The notes under the pieces are model-generated. The model was not told where the DNA came from and did no database searches. It saw only the letters and a list, made by a program, of their open reading frames with translations. DNA of 36,169 nucleotides from an archaeon (lineage in GTDB: Archaea; Hydrothermarchaeota; Hydrothermarchaeia; Hydrothermarchaeales; BMS3B): contig JALSIP010000120.1 in NCBI GenBank assembly GCA_026989875.1, positions 1-36,169 of the forward strand, read 5' to 3'. The translations under genes were made by a program, and so were the position numbers. Below are positions 19,311 through 26,672 of this stretch, one piece after another (the stretch's first letter is position 1; every line of letters begins with the position of its first letter).

Positions 19311-20996
19311 ATGAAGGCGGACCTGATTCTCCTGCATCCGCCCAGCATTTTTGACTTTCGCGAGCGTCCCATACTCTGGGGTCCAATAAACGACTTAGTG
19401 CCCTCCACACCCGTGTTTGAGATGTATCCCCTCGGCTTCGTCTCCATCGCCTCAACCCTTGAGCAGCACGGGTACAGGGTCAGGATAGTGAACATAGCGC
19501 TCAAGATGCTGAGAGACCCGCGCTTTCGTCCTGAAGAATATCTTGCCCGCATGAGGGCTGAGGCGTTTGGCATTGACCTGCACTGGCTGCCCCACGTTCA
19601 CGGAGCACTCAACCTGGCAAGACTCTGCAAGCAGCTCCATCCGGAGGTGCCGGTGGTGATGGGCGGGCTTTCAGCCACCTACTTTCACACCGAACTCCTC
19701 TCAAAGGTCCCTCAGGTGGACTACGTTCTGAGAGGCGACTCCACCGAGCTGCCCTTTGTAAAGCTGATGGAGGTGATTGAGGGCAGGGGCAGAGCCGATG
19801 AGGTGCCAAACCTGAGCTATCGCAGCGGCAGCAGGCTCAGGAGCAATCCGCTGAGCCACGTCCCCGAGACCATTGACTGCTTCAACCTGGACTATGAGTA
19901 CATTTTCAGGAGCTTCCTTCGCTCAAAGAACCTGGACATGCTTCCCTTTCTTGACTTCATTGAGCACCCTATAATGGCGGTGCTCACCCGCAAAGGATGC
20001 GAGTGCAACTGCACCGCCTGCGGCGGCTCAAGCTACGCATACGCCAGAGTGTGCAACCGGCACAGCGTCGCCCGCAGGAGCCCTGAAAAGGTGGTTGAAG
20101 ACATCCTTGCAGTTCAGGAGTTTCAGGTGCCTGCCTTCATACTCGGCGACCTGGCGATAGGTGATGAGAAGTACGGCAGACGCATACTTGAGCTGCTTCG
20201 TAAGGAGAAAGTGGATATACCGCTGATTTTTGAAGCATTTGTTCCATTCTCCTCAGGATTCATGAAAGAAATCAGCAGAAGTGTTGACGACTTCACCATA
20301 GAGATGTCCCCAGATTCGGGGGTGGAGTCTGTGAGAAGGCAGATAGGCAGGAACTACTCAAACGCCGCGCTGCGTGACATGCTGGACATGGCTTTCGCCT
20401 GCGGCTGCAGGCAGTTTGACCTCTACTTCAGCATAGGGCTGAGCGGTCAGAGTGAAGATAGCGTGCATGCCACCCTGAGGCTTGCCGAGAAGCTCATGCA
20501 GGAGTACAGGGGCAGGAGGCTTCTGCCCTTCATCTCCCCCTACGCGCCCTTCTTGGACCCGGGCTCCATCGCCTACGAGCACCCGGAGAGGTGCGGAGTT
20601 GTAAAGCTCGCAGACAGCATGATGGACCACTACAGAATCCTTGACAGCGGGCTTACCTGGAAGGAGTTTCTCAGCTACCGCACCGCACACCTCAGCAGAG
20701 GGGATATAGTGAGGCTGAGCTATGAGGCTGCTCTTAAACTTGCTGAGCTTAAGGCTGAGGCTGGAATCATCAGCAGCGACTCGCTTGAAGAAATCAGGCA
20801 CAGAATAGAGGTGTCCGAGGAGATGATGAGGGTGGTTGAAGCGCACAGAAGGGGTAAGTGCACGGAGGAGTATGTGAGAGCCTCCCTGGTTGAGCTCCGT
20901 GAGAGGCTGATGATAGACCGGCGGGAGCTTGACTGGTCCAGGGGGCTGAAGCTAAGAAGGCTGATGGCACTGCTGCGCAAGCTAATTGCTGTCTGA
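19311..20996 (+). CDS. radical SAM enzyme with N-terminal B12-binding-like (Rossmann) domain, function unknown
   Basis: CxxxCxxC cluster motif in TRKGCECNCTACGG. N-terminal ADLILLHPPS...GFVSIASTLEQHGYRVRIVN...VVMGG resembles class B radical SAM N-domains. ATG at 19311 with GAAGGTG 7 nt upstream; the track start at 19302 is a GTG. Confidence 0.88.
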   Translation: MKADLILLHPPSIFDFRERPILWGPINDLVPSTPVFEMYPLGFVSIASTLEQHGYRVRIVNIALKMLRDPRFRPEEYLARMRAEAFGIDLHWLPHVHGALNLARLCKQLHPEVPVVMGGLSATYFHTELLSKVPQVDYVLRGDSTELPFVKLMEVIEGRGRADEVPNLSYRSGSRLRSNPLSHVPETIDCFNLDYEYIFRSFLRSKNLDMLPFLDFIEHPIMAVLTRKGCECNCTACGGSSYAYARVCNRHSVARRSPEKVVEDILAVQEFQVPAFILGDLAIGDEKYGRRILELLRKEKVDIPLIFEAFVPFSSGFMKEISRSVDDFTIEMSPDSGVESVRRQIGRNYSNAALRDMLDMAFACGCRQFDLYFSIGLSGQSEDSVHATLRLAEKLMQEYRGRRLLPFISPYAPFLDPGSIAYEHPERCGVVKLADSMMDHYRILDSGLTWKEFLSYRTAHLSRGDIVRLSYEAALKLAELKAEAGIISSDSLEEIRHRIEVSEEMMRVVEAHRRGKCTEEYVRASLVELRERLMIDRRELDWSRGLKLRRLMALLRKLIAV

Positions 20997-21341
20997 TGGC
21001 TCAACCACCACGGAAAGCATCTTCTTAAGACCTGCTTTCTCGCGCAGCGCATTCACCTTCTCCGCGAGCTCCGCGTAGGGCACCACTATGGTGTGGGCGT
21101 CGCTCTCCGCCACCTCGGCTATGCTGCTGATAGGCTTCACCTCGTACCTCCCCGGATATCTCGCCCTCAGGTGCTGCTCAAGCTTTCTGAGCACGCGCCT
21201 GAGCTGCCTCTCATCCAGGTCGGCAACCACGTATATGCTCACACGCTCGCAGCGCCTGAAGGCTTCCTCAAGCAGCCTCGCCTCGCTCTTTCCGAGCCCC
21301 TCAAATCCACCTACCACCGCACATCTTCCTGCATAGTACAT
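20982..21341 (-). CDS. small PPAT-like (HIGH-nucleotidyltransferase-fold-like) protein lacking the HxGH motif
   Basis: Only the C-terminal 119 codons of the 327-aa ORF look protein-like: MYYAGRCAVVGGFEGLGKSEARLLEEAFRRCERVSIYVVADLDE...TIVVPYAELAEKVNALREKAGL. The layout parallels archaeal phosphopantetheine adenylyltransferase (VVGGTFDxLHxGHxxLL), but both His are replaced. The upstream part is antisense to the aminotransferase. Confidence 0.5.
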   Translation of the reverse strand: MYYAGRCAVVGGFEGLGKSEARLLEEAFRRCERVSIYVVADLDERQLRRVLRKLEQHLRARYPGRYEVKPISSIAEVAESDAHTIVVPYAELAEKVNALREKAGLKKMLSVVVEPSDSN

Positions 21342-21366
21342 GCCAGAGGCACAGGGCGGGGTAACG

Positions 21367-22587
21367 ATGGCAGAAACTTTTATTACCGCCTGCGCCAATG
21401 GCTGGAGAGAGGTGGTTGCCACGAAGCTCATGATTCCAGGTCCGGTGGAGCTTGACGATGAGGTGCTGCTGGCACTGGCGAAGCCGCTGATGGGACACCG
21501 CACCCCGGAGTTTGAGGAGATTCTTGAGGAATGCTGGCGGCTTCTCAGGATGGTGTACCGAACCCGCAACGAGGTGGCGCTGATAACGGGCTCCGGCACA
21601 GCCGCCATGGAGGCTGCGGTGGCAAGCGTGGTGGAGCAGGGCACCAGGGTGCTCTGCATCGGCGGCGGCAAGTTCGGTGAGAGGCTGGGCGAGATTGCTA
21701 AGTGCTTCGGTGCTGAGGTGAGCATGCTGGAGGTTGAGTGGGGCGGCAGCTTCACCCCTGAGGAGGTTGATGCTGCTCTCTCCGAAAGCGGTGCAGAGGT
21801 TGTAACCCTGACCCACAACGAGACCTCAACCGGGGTGCTGCACAACGCGGAGGCGGTGGGCAGAGCCGCCAGAGCGCATGATGCTATTTTCATAGCCGAC
21901 GCCATCACCAGCGTGGGCGGAGATGTGGTTGAGACCGACGGCTGGGGGATAGACCTGTGCATCACAGGCTCCCAGAAGTGCCTCGCCGCCCCTCCTGGAC
22001 TGGGGTTTGTGGCTGTGAGCGAACGCGCCTGGGAGCGGATGCAGGAGCTCAGGGACAGACGTGTCTTCTACTTGGACCTGCTGAGGTACAGGAAGGCGCT
22101 GCAGAAGCGCACCACACCCTTCACGCCTTCGGTAACGCTGATATACGGGCTGCATGCAGCTCTTAAGAGGATTGAGAGGGAAACCCTTGAGGCTCGCATA
22201 AGGCGTCACAGGGCACTTGCAGAGGCTACGAGGAGGGCGGCGGAGGCTATGGGGCTGAGCCTGCTGCCCAGCAGGGAGCACGCCTCAAACACCGTCACCG
22301 CCATAAGAATCCCGGAGGGGCTGAGCGACGGAGATATAAGGGGCAGGCTGAAGCGTGAGTACGGGGTGCTGGTTGCCGGCGGACAGGAGAGGCTCAAGGG
22401 CAGAATATTCAGGATAGGACACATGGGCGAGGTGAGCGCAAGGGAGCTGCTCAGCCTGCTTGCCTGCATAGAGCAGGTGCTCAGGTGCTCGGGCGTTGAG
22501 GTTAAACCAGGCTCTGGAACAGATGCCGCAAGGGAGGTGCTTGAGGCTGAGCTCGGCGAAGCCCTGCGTGCTTCTGGTGGAGGATGA
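21367..22587 (+). CDS. class V pyridoxal-phosphate aminotransferase (serine-pyruvate / phosphoserine aminotransferase family)
   Basis: PLP-lysine motif ITGSQKCLAAPPGLGFV. LMIPGPVELDDEVL N-terminus and THNETSTGV. Start taken at the second ATG (MAETFI...); the track start is 21340. Confidence 0.9.
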   Translation: MAETFITACANGWREVVATKLMIPGPVELDDEVLLALAKPLMGHRTPEFEEILEECWRLLRMVYRTRNEVALITGSGTAAMEAAVASVVEQGTRVLCIGGGKFGERLGEIAKCFGAEVSMLEVEWGGSFTPEEVDAALSESGAEVVTLTHNETSTGVLHNAEAVGRAARAHDAIFIADAITSVGGDVVETDGWGIDLCITGSQKCLAAPPGLGFVAVSERAWERMQELRDRRVFYLDLLRYRKALQKRTTPFTPSVTLIYGLHAALKRIERETLEARIRRHRALAEATRRAAEAMGLSLLPSREHASNTVTAIRIPEGLSDGDIRGRLKREYGVLVAGGQERLKGRIFRIGHMGEVSARELLSLLACIEQVLRCSGVEVKPGSGTDAAREVLEAELGEALRASGGG

Positions 22588-23206
22588 ACCCATAACCCTG
22601 AGCGCCCTTGAGAGGCTGCTGAGCTCCAGCTACCGGGTGCTCACCGCCAGAGAGGCGGATGAGGCGCTGAGAATCCTGAAGAGGGAAAGGGTGGAGGTGG
22701 TGGTGGCTGACCTGCGACTGCCAAAGGGCAGCGGACTTGAGCTGCTTGAATGGGTGCGCCACAACCTGCCGGAGACGAGAGTGATAATAATCACCGGCTA
22801 CTCCAGCATAAAGGGCGCGGTGGAAGCAATGCGCCTCGGAGCAAGCGACTACATACCAAAACCCTTCAGCGTTGAGGACATTCAGCGAGCCATCGCAGGG
22901 GTGCTGCAGAGAAGGGAGGAGATGCTGGGTGAGATGCGGGAGGAGGAGTTTGAGGCGGTGCTCAGAGCCCTGCTCCATCCCATGCGCAGAAAGATTCTGA
23001 GCATCCTGAGCAGGGGTTCGCTGACCTTCACGGCAATCTGGAAGAGCACGGGGGCAAAAGACCCAACTTCCGTAAATTTCCATCTGAAAAAGCTGAAGAA
23101 AATGGGCATGCTCGTCCAGGACAGTTCAAAGCTGTACAGAATCACACCTCTCGGCAGAGAGGCTGTGTCTCTGATGAAATCAATTCAGAAAGCCAGAGGC
23201 TCCTGA
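22523..23206 (+). CDS. response regulator: receiver domain fused to an ArsR-like winged-helix DNA-binding domain
   Basis: REC motifs VLLVEDEP, VVVADLRLPKGSG, IIITGY, KPF. C-terminal LLHPMRRKILSILSRGSLTFTAIWKSTGAKDPTSVNFHLKKLKKMGMLV. Start is ambiguous (TTG 22496, ATG 22523, GTG 22568), and all three overlap the aminotransferase 3' end. Confidence 0.85.
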   Translation: MPQGRCLRLSSAKPCVLLVEDEPITLSALERLLSSSYRVLTAREADEALRILKRERVEVVVADLRLPKGSGLELLEWVRHNLPETRVIIITGYSSIKGAVEAMRLGASDYIPKPFSVEDIQRAIAGVLQRREEMLGEMREEEFEAVLRALLHPMRRKILSILSRGSLTFTAIWKSTGAKDPTSVNFHLKKLKKMGMLVQDSSKLYRITPLGREAVSLMKSIQKARGS

Positions 23207-23235
23207 AGTGATGTTCAATAACCGCCGGTTACTAA

Positions 23236-23258
23236 ATGTTTTAACTGCGGAAGTTTTT
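23236..23258 (+). terminator. oligo-T terminator candidates after the response regulator gene
   Basis: T4 (atgtttta) and T5 (aagtttttg) runs lie 30-55 nt after the stop, preceded by the palindrome taaccgccggtta. Confidence 0.35.
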
Positions 23259-23269
23259 GATAATCAGTC

Positions 23270-23290
23270 CCAAAAAAGTATATATGTGAG
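23270..23290 (+). promoter_or_regulatory. strong BRE/TATA box
   Basis: cccAAAAAAGTATATATGtgag has an A-rich BRE upstream, indicating plus orientation. It lies about 250 nt upstream of the thrS ATG. Confidence 0.55.
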
Positions 23291-23368
23291 TGTGTGCACA
23301 GAGTTAACGGGGGCTGGGAGGGGGGTCCTGGATTTTAAATTGGGCTTCTGCTCATTCCGTTATTTTCT

Positions 23369-23393
23369 GCACCGTGCAGCACCAAGAAGCACC
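23369..23393. repeat. three GCACC pentamers with exact 10-nt phasing
   Basis: GCACCgtgcaGCACCaagaaGCACC starting at 23369, 23379 and 23389. A fourth GCACC is at 23473, inside an 11-nt direct repeat aagaagcacca (23384-23394 and 23468-23478). Confidence 0.6.
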
Positions 23394-23536
23394 ACTTCCG
23401 CCTCAACCCTTTACCTCCTGCTGGATTCTGCTGCGTACATCCAGGATGACTGGCGGCGGGTATGCTGAAGAAGCACCAGCCGCACATGGAAAAAGCTTAT
23501 TAAGCTGACCCGTGCCAAGATAGCATGGGTGCCTGA

Positions 23537-25372
23537 ATGAGGCTTCTGCTGCTGCATGTTGATTACATTGAGTACAGAGCCAGGGAGAAAACGAGCATAG
23601 CCGAGGACGTGCCGGAAGACATGCTTCAGGGCAGAGCTGAGAACGCTCTGGCTGTTTTTACTGCCGTGGAGAGGGGGGACACCGAGGAAACCGCGCGCAG
23701 AGCCGCAGAAGAGGTGCTGCAGACACTGAGGCGCGTGGGTGCCGAGAGGGTGGTGCTTTACCCCTATGCCCATCTCAGCTCCTCGCTGGCAGGTGCCGAG
23801 ACTGCTCTCAGGCTGCTCAGGGTGCTGGAGAGCAGCGTCGGCGCCGAGGCGCCTGTTACCCGTGCCCCCTTCGGCTGGTACAAGAGCTTTGAGCTGCGCT
23901 GCAAGGGGCATCCGCTGAGCGAGCTCTCTAAGGAAATAAAAGCCGGGAAGGAGAGCACCGCCCTTGCCGCCGAGAAAAAGCTTAAAAGCGAGTGGTACGT
24001 GCTCACGCCGGAGGGTGAGCTGGTGCCGGCAGAGAAGTTTGACTTCTCTGAGCATGAGAGGCTGAGGGAGGTTTACGAGTACGAGCTCAGAGGCACGAGA
24101 GCTGCCGAGGGGGAGCCGGCACACCTCAGGCTCATGAAGGAGCACCAGCTCGCAGACCACGAACCGGGCTCCGACCCGGGCAACCTGCGCTGGTATCCCA
24201 AGGGCAGGCTGGTTAAGCGCCTGCTTGAGGAGAGGGTGAGCGAGCTCTTAGCCGAGTACGGTGCCATGGAGGTGGAAACGCCCGTGATGTACGACCTCGC
24301 ACACCCCCAGCTCAGCAGCTACCTCAACAGGTTTCCGGCACGCCAGTACATAGTGCTCAGCGACCGCCGGGAGTACTTCCTGCGCTTTGCCGCATGCTTC
24401 GGGCAGTACCTGATGATGCGCAGCATGACCCTGAGCCACAGGCATCTTCCGCTGAGGGTGTATGAGCTTACCCGCTACTCCTTCAGGAGAGAGCAGAGCG
24501 GCGAGCTCGTGGGGCTGAAGCGGCTGAGAGCCTTTACGATGCCGGATATGCACACGCTGTGCAGGGATATGGAGCAGGCAAAGCAGGAGTTCCTCAGGCA
24601 GTTTGAGCTGAGCATGCGCTGGATGCAGGAGGTTGAGCTGGAGTACGAGGCTGTGGTGAGGTTCGTGCGCAGCTTTTATGAGGAAAATCAGGAGCTCGCC
24701 GCAGAGCTTGCAAAAAAGCTCGGCAAGCCTGTGCTGGTAGAGATGTGGGATGAGAGGTTTTTCTACTTTGTCATGAAGTTTGAGTTCTGTGTTGTGGACT
24801 CGCAGAAGAAGGCTGCCACCCTTTCAACAGTGCAGATTGATGTGGAGAACGCAACGCGATTCGGCATAGGTTACGTGGACGAGGCTGGAGAGAGGCGCAC
24901 GCCGGTGCTGCTTCACGCGAGCATAAGCGGGGGTATTGAGAGGAATATATACGCCATGCTTGAGCAGGCTTACCTGCGCTCGGCGATGGGCGAAAAGCCC
25001 GCGCTTCCCCTGTGGCTCTGCCCGACGCAGGTGAGGGTTCTGCCGGTGTCCGAGCGCAGCATGGGGTATGCTGAGAGGGTGCTTGAGAGACTGCTGAAGA
25101 TGCGAATCAGAGCAGACCTTGACGACACACCCGAGACGCTGCAGAAGAAGGTGCGCAGGGCTGAGAAGGAGTGGGTGCCCTGCATCTGCGTGGTGGGTGA
25201 GAGGGAGGCTGAGGAGGGGATGCTCAGCGTCAGGCTCAGAAGCACGGGGGAGCAGAGGAAGATGAGCCCGGAGGAGCTGGCTGAGCTTATTGAAGCTGAG
25301 TGCAGGGGAAAGCCCTTCCACAGGCTGCCCCTTCCCGTGAGGCTCTCAGAGAGGCCGGTGTTCAGAGGGTAG
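23537..25372 (+). CDS. thrS: threonyl-tRNA synthetase, archaeal type with N-terminal DTD-like editing domain
   Basis: N-terminus MRLLLLHVDYIEYRAREK... as in Pyrococcus ThrRS. Class II core (FRREQSGELVGLKRLRAFTMPDMH, GGIERNIYAMLE). C-terminal anticodon-binding domain (PTQVRVLPV...). Confidence 0.95.
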   Translation: MRLLLLHVDYIEYRAREKTSIAEDVPEDMLQGRAENALAVFTAVERGDTEETARRAAEEVLQTLRRVGAERVVLYPYAHLSSSLAGAETALRLLRVLESSVGAEAPVTRAPFGWYKSFELRCKGHPLSELSKEIKAGKESTALAAEKKLKSEWYVLTPEGELVPAEKFDFSEHERLREVYEYELRGTRAAEGEPAHLRLMKEHQLADHEPGSDPGNLRWYPKGRLVKRLLEERVSELLAEYGAMEVETPVMYDLAHPQLSSYLNRFPARQYIVLSDRREYFLRFAACFGQYLMMRSMTLSHRHLPLRVYELTRYSFRREQSGELVGLKRLRAFTMPDMHTLCRDMEQAKQEFLRQFELSMRWMQEVELEYEAVVRFVRSFYEENQELAAELAKKLGKPVLVEMWDERFFYFVMKFEFCVVDSQKKAATLSTVQIDVENATRFGIGYVDEAGERRTPVLLHASISGGIERNIYAMLEQAYLRSAMGEKPALPLWLCPTQVRVLPVSERSMGYAERVLERLLKMRIRADLDDTPETLQKKVRRAEKEWVPCICVVGEREAEEGMLSVRLRSTGEQRKMSPEELAELIEAECRGKPFHRLPLPVRLSERPVFRG

Positions 25373-25375
25373 CGG

Positions 25376-26623
25376 ATGAGGGTTATTGTAACCTCGCAGC
25401 TTGATGCTGCAGGGAGGCGAATATTCAGGCTGCTGGAGGAGCACTACGGCTTCCGCAGAGCTGGCGAGTTTGAAGGAGCGCCGGTGCTTGAGCGGGGGGA
25501 AGTGCGGGCGATAGCCACTGAGAGGGAGCTGGTGAGGGCTGAGCACCTGGACAGCCACTTCCCGGAGGCTGAGTTTTATGTTTTTGCCTCACGCCACAGG
25601 GCAGAGTCTGAGCTCAGAACGCTTAGCGTGCACGTCACCGGCAACCTGGGAAGGGAGGCGAGGGTGGGCGGCATGCCCGAAAGCCTGGCACGAGCCCAGC
25701 CGCATGCCATGCGGGTGGCGCTCCTGGAGCTGGAGAGGCACAGGAGGAGGCAGAGGCTGGAGTACCAGGTGTGCTTAGAAGCCACCCACCACGGTCCCAC
25801 GGAGCTTGAGAAGCCCCTGCTCTTCGTGGAGGTGGGTCCGGGGGAGGAGCAGTGGAGGGATGAGAGAGCGCTGAGGGCGGTGGCTGAGGCTGCGCTGAAG
25901 GCTGCGGAGTGCAGGGAAACCTTCATCCCCTGCGTGGGCGCCGGCGGCAGCCACTACGCACCCAGACACACGGAGCTGGTGCTGCAGAGCGAGCTGGCGG
26001 TGGGGCACATAATACCCAGCTACGCCATAGCTGAGCTTGAGTTTGAGGTTTTCAGGCAGGCGGTGGAGCTGTGCGGCGCCAGAGCGGTGCACTTAGACTG
26101 GAAGGGCATGCGGGCAGAGGAGCGAAGAAAGATTCTGAAGTTCTCGGAGAGGCTGGGCGTGCACGCTGGCAGAAGAAGGCATATCCTGGAGAGGCTGAGC
26201 CAGAGCACCTTAGAGGTTGATGCAACTCTGCTGAGGGAGGCTGAGCGTGCTGACACCAGAGCCTTCAAGCTCATGCTTGAAGCGCTGGGACTGAGCGCCA
26301 GACGTGACAGCGACGGCAGGGTTGCCGGCGTCAGCGGCACCGCAAGCCCCGAGGAGGTGGTTAAAGGCTGCGCTGAGCTGCTCTCTAAGAGGATGAGTGT
26401 GGCGGTTGAGGGTGATGAGCTGGTGCTGAGGAGGAGCAGGATTGACCCGGAGAGGGCTGCGAGGCTGGGCATCAGAGGCGGCAGGCAGTTTGCAGAGCTG
26501 GCTGAGAGGGGGTGGACGAGGGTGAACGGCAGGCTGGTGAGGAGGGAGGAGGTGAGCGCCCTGCAGGAGCGGAGGGTGCGCCTGGACACCAGAACCGCAG
26601 AGATGCTGAAGCGGATGCTGTAA
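25376..26623 (+). CDS. dtdA: archaeal D-aminoacyl-tRNA deacylase (DtdA) with ~150-aa C-terminal extension
   Basis: FASRHRAESELRTLSVHVTGN, CLEATHHGPTELEKPLLFVEVG, GGSHYAPRHT, VGHIIPSYA and VHLDWKG match the DtdA pattern recalled from Pyrococcus. The ATG is 3 nt after the thrS stop. Confidence 0.85.
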   Translation: MRVIVTSQLDAAGRRIFRLLEEHYGFRRAGEFEGAPVLERGEVRAIATERELVRAEHLDSHFPEAEFYVFASRHRAESELRTLSVHVTGNLGREARVGGMPESLARAQPHAMRVALLELERHRRRQRLEYQVCLEATHHGPTELEKPLLFVEVGPGEEQWRDERALRAVAEAALKAAECRETFIPCVGAGGSHYAPRHTELVLQSELAVGHIIPSYAIAELEFEVFRQAVELCGARAVHLDWKGMRAEERRKILKFSERLGVHAGRRRHILERLSQSTLEVDATLLREAERADTRAFKLMLEALGLSARRDSDGRVAGVSGTASPEEVVKGCAELLSKRMSVAVEGDELVLRRSRIDPERAARLGIRGGRQFAELAERGWTRVNGRLVRREEVSALQERRVRLDTRTAEMLKRML

Positions 26624-26635
26624 AGGTTTATATGG
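26622..26635 (+). promoter_or_regulatory. BRE/TATA for the KaiC-like/ACT pair
   Basis: AAAGGTTTATATGG lies 38-50 nt upstream of the ATG at 26673, with a GGAGGT Shine-Dalgarno at 26659-26664. Confidence 0.5.
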
Positions 26636-26672
26636 GGTGGATGAAAGAATACTGTAACGGAGGTACTGCTGG

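Noticed and set aside
19311-20996. Assignment of the radical SAM protein as tetraether lipid synthase (Tes/GDGT-MAS).
   Set aside because: The architecture is compatible, but I count only about 11 cysteines. That looks too few for the several auxiliary metal sites of that enzyme, and it cannot be decided without a profile search.
21342-21965. N-terminal 208 codons of the 327-aa minus-strand ORF.
   Set aside because: This Ser/Thr/Ala/Pro-rich stretch is antisense to the well-supported aminotransferase. Only the part downstream of the Met at 21341 looks like a folded protein, so the gene was trimmed.
23309-23325. G-quadruplex in the G5-G3-G6 tract.
   Set aside because: There are only three separable G-runs for a three-tetrad structure, so at best a weak two-tetrad fold is possible. 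It is kept only as a descriptive part of the thrS-upstream finding.
23208-23468. 86-aa plus-strand ORF filling the thrS upstream gap.
   Set aside because: It has a GTG start with no ribosome-binding site. It runs straight through T-run terminators, the BRE/TATA and the G-tract. Its composition is implausible, so the region is treated as non-coding.
23444-23470. Possible C/D-box sRNA (GGATGA ... CTGA) in the thrS upstream region.
   Set aside because: The C box is imperfect, there is no C'/D' pair at the expected spacing, and no terminal stem.
23411-24160. 249-aa minus-strand ORF antisense to the thrS 5' region.
   Set aside because: It has no motifs, overlaps the conserved ThrRS editing domain and has an antisense-frame composition.
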